DNA of 64,000 nucleotides from contig OX638150.1 in assembly GCA_951804945.1 (NCBI GenBank), forward strand, positions 20,522,001 through 20,586,000, written 5' to 3'. The translations under genes were made by a program, and so were the position numbers. This DNA comes from Podarcis cretensis (lineage: Eukaryota). This document shows positions 27,153 to 39,536 of the stretch, in pieces (the stretch's first letter is position 1; every line of letters begins with the position of its first letter). The notes beneath the pieces were generated by a model that ran no database searches, was not told where the DNA came from, and was given only the letters and a program-made list of their open reading frames with translations.

Positions 27153-27585
27153 TAATCTGACTTGGGCTATTTGCGTAAGGAATATTCATTGCATCCTTCT
27201 AGCAGTGTCTGCACTGTTGAAAGTATTGGGTGGGTGGGCAGTGGGGAGAACACTCTGAGACCCATAGAAATCTCCTTTACCCTAGGCAATAAATCGAAAG
27301 TGTTTATTTCAAGGGCTCACAGGTCAAGCGACTGTGTTACATAACAGGTGTTTCTCTGTCCAGGAGGTTGATGATCTAAGCCAATAGAGGCGAGGCTTAA
27401 AGAATTATGGAAAAGCAAGGGCATTATGGGGAGTTATTCGACTGGCTTAGTTAATTATTTTCTGCTTTTCGTGATTACCATTCACTTCTGTTCTTCTATA
27501 CATTGCTTGCAAGCCCATATTTGTTTCTTACATAGAACACATCTTTGTAAATAATGAATAAATAAAAAGCACCAGTGTTTCCTAA

Positions 27586-27744
<159 letters not shown>

Positions 27745-27807
27745 TAAGTGCAATACTCAAACTGTGAAACTCCCGTATTTATTTTGCTTTTTGAAAGGGC
27801 TACCAGA

Positions 27808-28135
27808 GTTTTTTTTTTTTAATAATTTTTTATTAATTTTCACATAAAAATACATAACACATCAAATTGCAACTTTAACAGATTTTTCACTTTTGGACTT
27901 CCTTCAGCCTCTCTGATAATCATCCAAATTTAATTTTTTAATTACACATTTCTTAAATTCACTATTGCCTTTTAGTATACCCTTTAATACCTGTTTTTCT
28001 TTTTTGCAATATTTCTTCAACTTTTACAGAGCTTCTTTAAATGCCACCAACGTTATTTCTCTATCACTTATACCTTCCCAATACTCCACCAACTTTCCCC
28101 AGTCCTCGATAAACTGCCAGAGTTTGATGGGTGGG
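27808..28135 (-). mobile_element. L1-like 3' end with poly(A) tail
   Basis: Plus-strand poly(T) then TTTATT, AT-rich UTR and a degenerate Trp-rich ORF2 end; approximate bounds. Confidence 0.55.
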
Positions 28136-28344
28136 CAATGGATGACTCCTCATAATCAGTCCAACCAGTTCAGCTTTAAGGGCACAAAGTGATTTGACAA
28201 AGTCCATTCTGGGTTTGAAAGGCTCAAAGCTAATTTGTACAATCACCAGAAGCGGCTAGTAATGTTTTTCCTGCTTCCTGCTGCAGGTAACAATCTCAGG
28301 TGACTGAAGGCTCTCCTTACCTTCTAAAAAAACAACAACCTGTA

Positions 28345-28814
28345 CAGTGGTACCTTGGTACCTTGGTTCTCAAACTTAATCTAATCCGGAAGTCCATTTC
28401 AAAACCAAAGCATTCCAAAACCAAGGCGTGCTTTCCCATAGATAGTAATGCAAAATGGATTAATCTGTTCCAGACTTTTAAAAACAACCCCTAAAACAGC
28501 CATTTGACATGAATTTTACTATTCATGGAGACCATTGATCCATAAAATGAAAGCAATAAATAATGTACTGCAGTCACACAATCAATCAATCAGTAGCTGA
28601 ACTGGGTTCCACACAGTCACAAAAACAAAACAAAAAGAACCGCAAAAATGCAAAATAAATAGCAAAAATGGGCAGACCTCAGCATAACACACAAAACGGA
28701 GCATGTTTGGCTTCCGAAAAATATTCGTAAACCGAAAAACTTACTTCTGGGTTTGCAGTGTTTGGGTTCCAAGTTGTTTGATTACCAAGGCGTTTGAGAA
28801 CCAAGGTACCACTG
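28345..28814. mobile_element. Tc1/mariner MITE
   Basis: TIR CAGTGGTACCTTGGTTCTCAAAC (left copy has a small duplication), TA TSD. Confidence 0.85.
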
Positions 28815-29438
28815 TACACTGACAACAAGCACATTTGGAAGAAAGGGGTAGGATTTCAGTCTAGCCTAACATGTTATTTTTCTATCTGTAGGGAGCTTTT
28901 TGGTGGGGGGAGGGTGTGTGTGGAGCTTGTAGCTCTAAGTAGCTCTAATGTTTAAATATTTTAATGTTGTATTTTAATTTTGTTTTTAAGTTGTAATCAT
29001 TCAATTTGTTTTTATTATTGCTTGTAAGCCGCTCTGAGCCCGGCCTTGGCTGGGGAGGGCGGGGTATAAATAAAAAAATATTATTATTATTATTATTATT
29101 AAGTTTGCAGTCCATGAAAAGCTTTGCCAGTTGATTCTGCCATAGCTGAAAGCTAGCAAGTCTCCCAGAAAATGCCTTCTGAGTTTGCTTGCTAAAACTT
29201 CTTGCAACGGCAGTTTGACCAGGAGACACTTAATTACCGTGACTAGAAGTGGAATGGAATGGCTTTGCTTTCTGCAGACAGAATGAATGCCCTTCTCTGT
29301 CCCTCCTTTCCATTCCCTGTTTTTTGACAACTTCTTGCCTTTTTGAGATAATGCATGTGAAAAGAAATTTGTCAATTACGTTGGTTTCTTTACAAGTCTT
29401 TGTAAATGTATACAAAAAATGAAGTGCCTTATCTTTGA

Positions 29439-29726
<288 letters not shown>

Positions 29727-29998
29727 TGATATACATGACACAAAAGGAGGGGGGAGGCATCTACCTGTCTAGTAATGTGTAGTTCAAAAAACATATGATT
29801 TTGTCCCATTCATCTTCTCCCCATCCCACCAAATCCACTTCATTGGCTACCATTTCTGGAGTGTTGAGTAAATAATGGTGCCAGTAATGCTGTATCAAAG
29901 TTTTTTCAGTTTGTTCTTCAGGAGACTTTGTTCAGCACCACCCATGAACCCCTCTGTCAAGTGGGGGCTAGAGGAAAGGGTCGTTGGAACAGAGTAAC

Positions 29999-30323
29999 CA
30001 GGGTCAGCAAACTTTTTCATCAGGGGGCTGGTCCACTGTCCCTCAGACCTTGTGGGGGGGGGGCCCGGACTATATTTTTTGGGGGGAAATGAATGAATTC
30101 CTATGCCCCACAAATAACCTAGAGATGCATTTTAAATAAAAGCACACATTCTATTCATGTAAAAACACCAGGTAGGCCCCACAAATAACCCAGAGGTGCA
30201 TTTTCAATCAAAGGACACATTCTACTCATGTAAAAACATGCTGATTCCTGGACCGTCCGCGGGCCGGATTTTGGAGGCGATTGGGCCAGATCCGGCCCCC
30301 GGGCCTTAGTTTGCCTATCCATG
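29999..30323. mobile_element. hAT MITE (inverted relative to 15879)
   Basis: CAGGGTCAGCAAAC...GTTTGCCTATCCATG; internal homology to 15879 and 45658. Confidence 0.82.
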
Positions 30324-30891
30324 GAATAGAGAATTCTGCACAAAAAATGTTGGATAGTTGGCTAGTGAGCCAAGAGGGGCAAAGTGTTGCCAGGTCTAGA
30401 GCCTAAGCTGGCCGCTTGCCTTTAAGGGATATTTCTGCCAGTTGTTGCTTTGACCATGACGGCAACATTGTGACTGTGTTAGAAGTTAGCAGTGAGCAAA
30501 GAGGTAGGGGACTGGGTATTGAATTTTGCATATCAAATAGCTAATCGTAGAACTGCAGAGTTGGAAGGGACCCTGAGGATGATGTAGTCCAACCCTGCAA
30601 GGAAGGAAAAAGCAACTGTCCCGTGCGAGGATCACCATCCATTCTTCTCCCCTGTTGCTAGCTAGACCCATCCAGGGTACCTTTAGGGTATTGATAGTCC
30701 TGTGTCCATATAATAAATGATTGATTGTACTTTTACGGTAGAGTATTTGGACAAATGTTTCCACTGTCACTTTAAAGCACGAGGACAGCAGGCTCCGGGA
30801 AGTTCTGAAGAATTTAATTTAATCTCTTCTTAAGATTGTTACCTAGGAAATATTTGGTTATAATCCAGTTGGCTGCCAACTCTGTAACAAT

Positions 30892-31018
30892 AAAGGTAAA
30901 GCTAAATGACCCCTAGATGATTAATTAAGTCCAGTCAAAGGCGACTATGGGGTTGTGGTGCTCATCTTTCTTTCAGGCCGAGGGAGCTGGCGTTTTTCAG
31001 CAGACAGCTTTCCGGGTC
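30892..31018 (-). mobile_element. 5'-truncated Sauria SINE (subfamily C)
   Basis: AAAGGTAAAG tail plus 3' body homologous to the 51981 copy. Confidence 0.75.
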
Positions 31019-31291
31019 CCTTTGCAGAAGTGAAACTAATCCAATGGAAGGAGGGGAAGAGACTTTTTTTGCCATTTCGCTCCTTCACCCCCCAGTACCA
31101 TTTCTCACACTGTTTTTGACCTCCCCCATCCTACAGATGTCCATGAAGCATCCAGTTAGCTAAGTTCCCTGGATCCCAAACTCTTGATTCTTTTATGGTT
31201 GTGCACATTGTTACAAAGCATAGTATTCCTGTGTCTGTAAGATGTACATCTGTGTGAAATCTTCTCTCTCTCTCCCCCCCTTTCTTTTTAA

Positions 31292-31486
<195 letters not shown>

Positions 31487-32123
31487 TAGGCAGTGACTGC
31501 TGCCTTGCAAACATACTCCTAAACTCTTTCCCCAATCTATCCCTTCTTTTGCTGCTTCTCTTTCATTCTCCCCCTGTTTGTCTGCTCCCTCTTTCTGAGG
31601 TGATGGAGAACTGGTCAGTATTGAGGCTGTTTCTCAAAGGCTAGAAGGAGTGTCTAGGGTACTTCCTCGGGACTTATTCTCTGGGTTTGGATTATGGCCA
31701 AGAGAGAAAGCGACAGATTTTCTCTAGAGTGCTCCATCTGGACCAAAGAAGGAGCACTGCAGAGCTGCTGCTGCGGTGTGTGTTTGTCAGAGTTCCCACA
31801 GTATCTTCTGAGAGAATCCCGGAGCCCGGCAAACAGTTCTGAGAGCTCGAAAGCTCTTTCCACACCAGGAAAACGCAGCGCAAAAAGAGCGTTTAAACTC
31901 TCTGCCTTGCATGCAGTTGATTTGCGGGATTTCAACTGGCCGGCTTTCAGCCACATAAGGTTGAAATTGTGCAAGTTAATTGTGCACAAAATGAGTTTGT
32001 ACTCATTTTTTTAACACAGTTTTCTGCTGAGACACTCCTGATTTATCATTTGGCAATATAGGATTTGTTCTGTTCTGATTAAGCGTAAATTAGTTTGTTC
32101 GTGAGAGAAGCATTTGCTTTTAA

Positions 32124-32267
<144 letters not shown>

Positions 32268-32534
32268 TGATGCATTATTCTTTTATGCCTCTTTTCAGAG
32301 TATCAGTGGAATTCTATAAAAGTTTTGCAATCCATTTAGTATATAAAAAAAATGCAGTGTTTACTTCTGACACCATACAAACGCATCAATTGTGAAATAT
32401 CTTGCTATTTAGAAATTGAAAGCTGAAACTGCTTTCTTCCATGAGACTTGTTTTTAATGCACTGGTTTTTGGCTTTGTCCAGTTCGGGCTTTGATTTGTA
32501 ATACAGTATTTCACAGGTGAAATTGTATCTATAA

Positions 32535-32693
32535 TAGGGCTGCCATAGTCCAGAATTTCCAGAAATCAGAAAAAAATATTTGGGAAAGCCCGGACATATG
32601 GCAGTGTCAGAAGTGTTGGTTTGGGGGCGAATTTCCTATTAAAAAAACACCTTTTGTGTCGGGATTTTTACTTTTTGAAATATGGCAACCCTA
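32535..32693. mobile_element. MITE with TAGGG(C/T)TGCCATA TIRs (hAT-like)
   Basis: TAGGGCTGCCATA ... TATGGCAACCCTA. Confidence 0.7.
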
Positions 32694-33409
32694 AATTCTA
32701 TATTATGCTGAGCTGATTTATGGTGGTGAAATTTTCAGGCACAGATCTATGAAGTCTGGGTCATATTGTGCATTCACTATCCCTGCTTCTTTAGCACTGC
32801 ACCTATTTTTCCATTGCCACATGCCTTCCTTTATACAGCAGCCTTAAGGGCTATCAAGTACACACACGATTCATTTCTGCCACCTAACCCTTAACTGCTT
32901 AAGCATTTGCCTGCTGCCTTAGGATTGGATAGGCTATGAAGAAATGGTTGAACAATGATATGCTACATATGATATGACTTTTGATCTACTAGGATGTTTA
33001 AGTACAGGCAGTTATATGCCAGCAAGTCTGCATCTTACACAGTATTCCGAATAGTGATGTGTGCAGATGTATCCCATAGGTCATTTGCAATGGTAACTCT
33101 TGATTTGTGGCTTCTTTATGCAGCATGTATGTATGTATGTCCTGTTGAATTCATAGGAAAAGATCACTGACTGCATTTAAAATACACACATATAGGCATG
33201 CAGGCACATTCGCTCCAAGAAATCTTCCTCTCCTACTAAAGAGTGGCCGATCTCTATAAGTAGATGCTGTCTACATCCATGTTAGTTGCATTTGGGTACA
33301 TTTAAAAGACAAAAATGAGGGGACCTGAATGTGAAAGCAAAGAAGTATGCTTGATGCTTGCAAAGTATATTTCATAATTTTTTATCTCTTCCCCCCCCCC
33401 ACCCCTTAG

Positions 33410-33619
<210 letters not shown>

Positions 33620-34369
33620 TAGCAAATAAATGTTGCAGAAACATGCAGGTATTGTAAATAATATGTCAAATGCATTTGACTCACGATAGTTTGTCTCCGC
33701 CCCCTGCCCTCTAATCTCTCTGTCCTATGTTACAAGAGGGAGGGGAATCAGTTTTATAACCTGAACTCCATGGAAGAAGGGCAGTATAAAAAAAATGGAT
33801 TAAAAACAGGTTACTATCATCAGGGATGTATCGGCAGGAGATTTGGACTAGATGGCATTTTTAGGTACCTGTGATTCTCACCTGTACTTGGCAAAGGCAA
33901 GTATGATAGTTTTCCTCTTAAGGCTGCTTCACATGCAACAGGATTCCTACAGGAATAACATCTACATTGAAATTTGCAATAATTGTGCATGTAGATTTAT
34001 TCTGTGTGATTCTCCTTCACTTGCGTGGATGCTCTGGGAAGCTTTTATTGACTGAACCTTCTTAACAAATGTATACACACTGATTTATAGTGTTCAGGAT
34101 AATTCCATATGGAGTCTAATTTGGTACTTTATTTTGCGGGGGAAGCATTTATCATAAAAGTAAAGAGATTTCAGGCACTGTTCACAATATTTCCCCCAAA
34201 AATAGTTTCTTGTGTAACTTCAAACATTTCAGAATATCAAAGATTTCACCAAATTTGATTCAGATAACAACTTCAGATTAAAAAGAATCATATACCTCAA
34301 CATGGCATTTTCAGCATAGCTGCTCCCAAAAACTATCTTCATTGGAGAAATGCTATGGAGTATAATATA

Positions 34370-34586
34370 CAGTCGTACTTGGCTCCTGAACGCCACAAAC
34401 CCAGAAGTGACTGCTCTGGTTTGCAAGCTATTTTTGGAAGTTGAACATTCAACGGGGCTTCTGCAGCTTCTGATTGGCTGCCGGAGCTTTCTGCAGACAA
34501 TCAGAAGCTGCACTTTGGTTTCCGAACATTTTGGAAGTCGAATGGACTTCCAAAATGGATTCCATTTGACTTCCAAGGTATGACTG
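34370..34586. mobile_element. Tc1/mariner MITE (CAGTCATACCTTGG family)
   Basis: TIRs with TA flanks; homologous to 36934, 42060, 46632, 56309. Confidence 0.82.
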
Positions 34587-34973
34587 TACTGGATTTTTTA
34601 ATTTTTTTGCTGGATCAGCCTCAATTTCATATCTAAAGAAGCAGTACATATAGATTATTTTCATTCCTTAGGCTGAATGATGCATTCTAGTCCACACTTC
34701 TCTAAGTTTCCGAACTTCTATGTCACATTAAGCATTTGTATACAACAGTTTTGGGTTTAACTCTCTGTAAGAATCCAAAAGCAGTCTTGCTTTGTGATTG
34801 TGGGACATGGGTCGTGAGATTATTGTTTGAGGAAAAGCTTATAGAAAGCCTTTTTGGATTTGCATAAGGACAGTCCGTGTGAATAAGTAGATTCTATGAA
34901 TTTCCCCCATTTGTATATATTTTCTATTTTGTGTCTGTTTGTGTTTTGCTTTGTTTTTTATTTAAATATTTAG

Positions 34974-35177
<204 letters not shown>

Positions 35178-35593
35178 TAAGTACCCAAAGAACCCCAATA
35201 TTCATAACTGCATGGATCATGACAACTTTGCATGTTGTTGTTGTTGATGTTGCCATAAGGATGGAACTCTGTGCCTCACTGAAATTTGTGTTTAGCAACA
35301 GAGGGAGATGTTGGTGATGCAACTTAAGCAAAGAATTTTAACGCTGAATTGGCCAATACATGCAAGTAATCTAAATTAACTGCAGAAAGCTCCTGCGTAC
35401 CAACTGTTGCACGTAATGTGATTTTGAGAAGTTTGTCTGAATACATTGCAGAATCGCATCTAGCTTAAAGACATTGGGTTCTATTCTCTCCATAAATGCA
35501 TGCACTGCCTTGCTCATTGTCATTACTCATTCATTAACGAAGAGTGTTGAGCATGTCCCAAGGAGACTGGACCCTCGTTTACTGGGAACCAAA

Positions 35594-36184
35594 TCAAATC
35601 AAAACTTTACTGCGCTCCAAACACCCACCCACCAATTTCAAAACTAGATACAGTTAAAACGACCAGACAGACAGATGGAAGAAACCAAGGCAGTCATTTT
35701 GTTTTATCTAGGGCATAATGATCTTTGTTTCTTATAACCTCCAAAAGAAACTTTGCCACGGCCAGTGTAATATCATTTGACCTGTCTTCCAAAAGATATT
35801 TAATGTGGGAGGCGTGGGATTTTCCCGGCTAATTTGCCAGTAAGGGTTTGATCAGTTGATCCCTTGCTTGGCTCATATTGCCCACAATGCAGTAGGATAT
35901 TCTTCATGCAGTCGACCTCCTGGGAACATAAACAAAGCCTATTCTGATAGGGGTTGCCTCTCAGTCTGCCATTTAGAACTTCCGAGGGAAATACATTTAG
36001 TCTGGCTTTGGTAAATAAACGCCGATAGGTAGGTACAGACAAATTCCTAAGGTATGAGGATATCTGAAAGTCGTACCAGTATTGGATTCCAGCTGCGACC
36101 AGGCTACAAATTACATAAGATTGGGATCGCAGGTCGCTATGTGAGATGTCCCAAAGCCTTTGCCTCAGGGATTCAAGGGCAGTG
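35594..36184 (-). mobile_element. 5'-truncated non-LTR retrotransposon (clade uncertain)
   Basis: 15-bp TSD TTACTGGGAACCAAA (35579-35593, 36185-36199); (ATTTG)n-like tail; ORF2-like end RRLFTKARLN...RLCLCSQEVDCMKNILLHCGQY. Confidence 0.8.
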
Positions 36185-36933
36185 TTACTGGGAACCAAAA
36201 CAGGTATATTTACATGGGGGAGGGGGGGGACAAAACACAAGGCTTCAGGTAAAACATTAGTATTTGCTTTTTTGAAGTCCCCAACACTATATTTTCACAG
36301 ATGAAGAAGAGCCCAACCTCAAAATATAGACTTGAGAGAATTTGGCTCTCTTGGTGGTATCTGGTTTATCAGTGTACCGTATTAGCACATTTCCTCAGTA
36401 GGCCTTCATAAATATATGGGCCAAGCTCCAAAGAATTGTGAAACTAGTTCCAGGTGTCCAAGGTGGCTCTGGGTTCAAGAGCAGCTCTCTGTGCCACATG
36501 GCAAAACACTTCCAAAATGGAAGGGAATTGGAAACAGATTTTGAAACGTGACATGGTAGTCTGCTATTCAAAGAAAATTCCCCAAATACTGCTAGATGTA
36601 GCCAAGCTCTTAGGCATATGTAAACTCATTTTTTGGATCACAGTTATGTTTCACCACAGTGTTGCGGGGGGCAGCATGTTTCTCAAATCCTTTTTATTTA
36701 TTTATTAGATTTATATACCTCCCTTCATCATAAGATGTCAGGGTTAGGGTAAAATACAGGATAAAAACATGGAAAGAAGTAAAACAAAACAGCAAAGCAG
36801 TAACCTGACCTTCCCACAGACACATTTAAAAGGCTGTAGAATATTAATCAGCCAAAGGCTTGGTTGAAGAGGAATGTTTGCCTGGCACCTAGAAATATAT
36901 AAAATACACACAATCATAAACATATTAGATATA

Positions 36934-37174
36934 CAGTTGTACCTCGGAAGTCGAACGGAATCTGTTCCGGAAGTCTGTTTGACTTCCAAAATGTTTAGAA
37001 ACCAAGGCGCGGCTTCCGATTGGCTGCAGGTAGCTCCTGCAGCCAATCGGAAGCTGTGTCAGACATTGGGGTTCCAAAGAACGTTTGCAAACCGGAACAG
37101 TCACTTCCTGGTTTGCGGCATTTGGGAGCCAAAACGTTCGACTCGTAAGGCGTTGGGAATCCAAGGTATGACTG
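36934..37174. mobile_element. Tc1/mariner MITE (CAGTCATACCTTGG family)
   Basis: TIRs; homology to 34370 in inverted orientation. Confidence 0.82.
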
Positions 37175-37534
37175 TGATATAATGAGGAACCACTACAGAG
37201 AAGGCCCATTCTTCTCTGTACAGAGAAGAACTACAGAGAAGACTACTTCTAGAGTAAAAAAAAAAAGGTTCAGTTTTCTAGGGTGGGGTATAGATATTGG
37301 TGCACATACAGGACAGAGCAAAGACTTGTCAAGTAAGAAGTACACAGTTTCAGCTTGGGACACTGGCGCAGTTCCAGTTGCCTTTCGGAATTGGAGCTCC
37401 TGGCAAGCTGGAAGCAAAGCAACTTGAAAGTATTTTTAACTCTCCTCTTTTTAAATAGTCACACTACTGCAAGTTACACGACACAAATCCTAATTACAAT
37501 ACTTATTTACAGCAGTAGTAAGCTCTATAGTGTT

Positions 37535-37870
37535 GGGACACGGGTGGCTCTGTGGGTTAAACCACAGAGCCTAGGACTTGCCAATCAGAAGGTCGGCGGT
37601 TTGAACCCCCGCGATGGGGTGAGTTCCTGTTGCTCGGTCCCTGCTCCTGCCAACCTAGCAGTTCGAAAGCACATGAAAGTGCAAGTAGATCAATAGGTAC
37701 CTCTCCAGGGGGAAGGTAAATGGCATTTCTGTGCGCTGCTCTGGTTCGCCAGAAGTGGCTTAGTCATGCTGTACGCCGGCTCCCTCGGCCAGTAAAACGA
37801 GATGAGCGCCACAACCCCAGAGTCGGCCACGACTGGACCTAATGGTCAGGGGTCCCTTTACCTTTACCTT
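37535..37870 (+). mobile_element. Sauria SINE (subfamily B, internal deletion)
   Basis: TSD TAAGCTCTATAG; (ACCTTT)n tail. Confidence 0.9.
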
Positions 37871-37882
37871 TAAGCTCTATAG

Positions 37883-38052
37883 CAGAACTTTCCAGACTTT
37901 TCATGTTGGTGACACACTTTTTAGACACGCATCATTTCGTAACACAGTAATTTAGTTTTACTAGCAAGGAGCGTGGGAAGCATGTGCGTGAGGCACCTAC
38001 ACAAGGCGGCCGACACACTAGCATGTCGCGACACACAGTTTGGAAAGCTCTG
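37883..38052. mobile_element. hAT MITE
   Basis: TIR CAGA(A/G)CTTTCCA; 8-bp TSD CTCTAT(A/G)G. Confidence 0.78.
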
Positions 38053-39413
38053 CTCTATGGAAAGGTAGATATTGATGTGAAAAAATGTGATACCCTCAGG
38101 AGGTTTCAAGCTGCACATTTGCTAAAGCAAGGTGGCCTACAGTCATTGTTAATATTGTCATTATTTTCCTCGATTCTTGCACCTTATTTTCTCTAGCAGC
38201 ACCATAGGAGTTCTCTTGCTTTCGTTTATCTCTCTTTTGGACCACACTTGTTGCTACTCAAATTTAATAGCTATCCTACATTTCATGTAGATGCTTGTGA
38301 GCCCAGAGATTGAATACTTCTCAAAGTTGCTGTTTCTCACTACGCATCTTGCTCTGTTGCCAAACAAGTTCAGTCTGCAGACTTTGTTAGTCTGGTAGGT
38401 CTAACCTTCTCTGCGTTGTTGGTTTAGACATCGCTTAAAATGACAGGTTCATTATAGTACAATAGTGGATATTCAGTGCAATCCAAGACTTCACTGGAAC
38501 AGGAACTTTTTGTTTTAGTTTTATTTTTCATTTTTTTCTGTGACCATGTGTTTGCCACAGGGACTGACCCTCCAGGGCTAACTACATGCCCCGTAAATCT
38601 TTCAATAAAGTTGGCAATAACCTTGTCCTCACATCTAGTAATCAAATGTAGAATACCTTCAAACATTCATTTTCCATTTTTCGGTCTTGGAGACCGAATC
38701 AATTAATTCTTCCCCCCCCCCAAACCACTTTTATGTTCCTGTGCTCCTGTGCACTTGAACATCATTGCTGAAGGGTTATGGCTGTCACTTGTTCAAATGG
38801 GTTAATTTGATTGCTTTCATCAGGAAGTCCAGATTTTTGGGGGGTGGGGTGCAGAGGACATCTTAAGTTCAGGCTCCTTTTTTAAAAAGTCTTCTTCAAT
38901 GCATTTGGCCCAGCTGGAATAGTCAAATGTTTTGAGAAATATATGCAACAGTGTATTGACTTTCTTACCTTCCCTTTCTCTTTCCCCAATTCTTAAGCAT
39001 GTGTGTGTTGGTTGGGATGGAAGAGGTAAGGGTAGCTGTTGGCTTCATGAAGTTGTTCAGTTTCAGTAGCAGGAGAAAGGAACCGAATTCCGTTCTTTCT
39101 ATGGATTGTGGAGGAGTTGCCTCTTGTTAAACAAGAGCATATTACATTCTGCTTCTCCTTCTAAGCTGTGTATAAAATAAAAGTTGAATCCCCCCTCCCT
39201 TCTCTCTCTCTTCCTCTTGTTGGGGATGCAGGCATGTGGGCACAATGCACTTTTCTAAAATAGTCTCCTCCTGGAAATCTGTACAACTTTAGTCTACCCT
39301 TGCCTCACTTTTCCCCAGAATGTAACCAGTTTTATCCTCACCGCTCTTGGTTTTGGCTCAGCCCTGGTTTCTGCCTGAGATCTCAATTCCTATCCTTCTG
39401 TGTGTTTTTGCAG

Positions 39414-39536
39414 CCATGCCCGATTACGCTGTATGTGCACCTGCAACAGGTGTACATTTTGCATCTGTCAGAACCTCCTCAACTCAGACTTGCTGCAATC
39501 TGTAAAGAACAAACTCTTCACCGCAGTTCTTAACAG
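39414..39536 (+). CDS. RHOT1: RHOT1 alternative Cys-rich cassette exon (HARLRCMCTCNRCTFCICQNLLNSDLLQSVKNKLFTAVLNR, 41 aa)
   Basis: tttttgcag| acceptor, AG|gtctt donor, 123 nt, phase 2-2, open. Matches my recollection of the 41-aa insertion in mammalian Miro1 splice variants. Confidence 0.92.

Noticed and set aside
36301-36360. Acceptor TTTTCACAG|ATGA as a possible extra exon
   Set aside because: Immediate stop in the required phase, no good donor, and only vague resemblance to the mammalian insert
37182-37260. NHYRE resembling the DHYRD start of the mammalian 32-aa insert
   Set aside because: Only 3-4 residues match, there is no acceptor (it abuts a MITE), and the similarity does not extend
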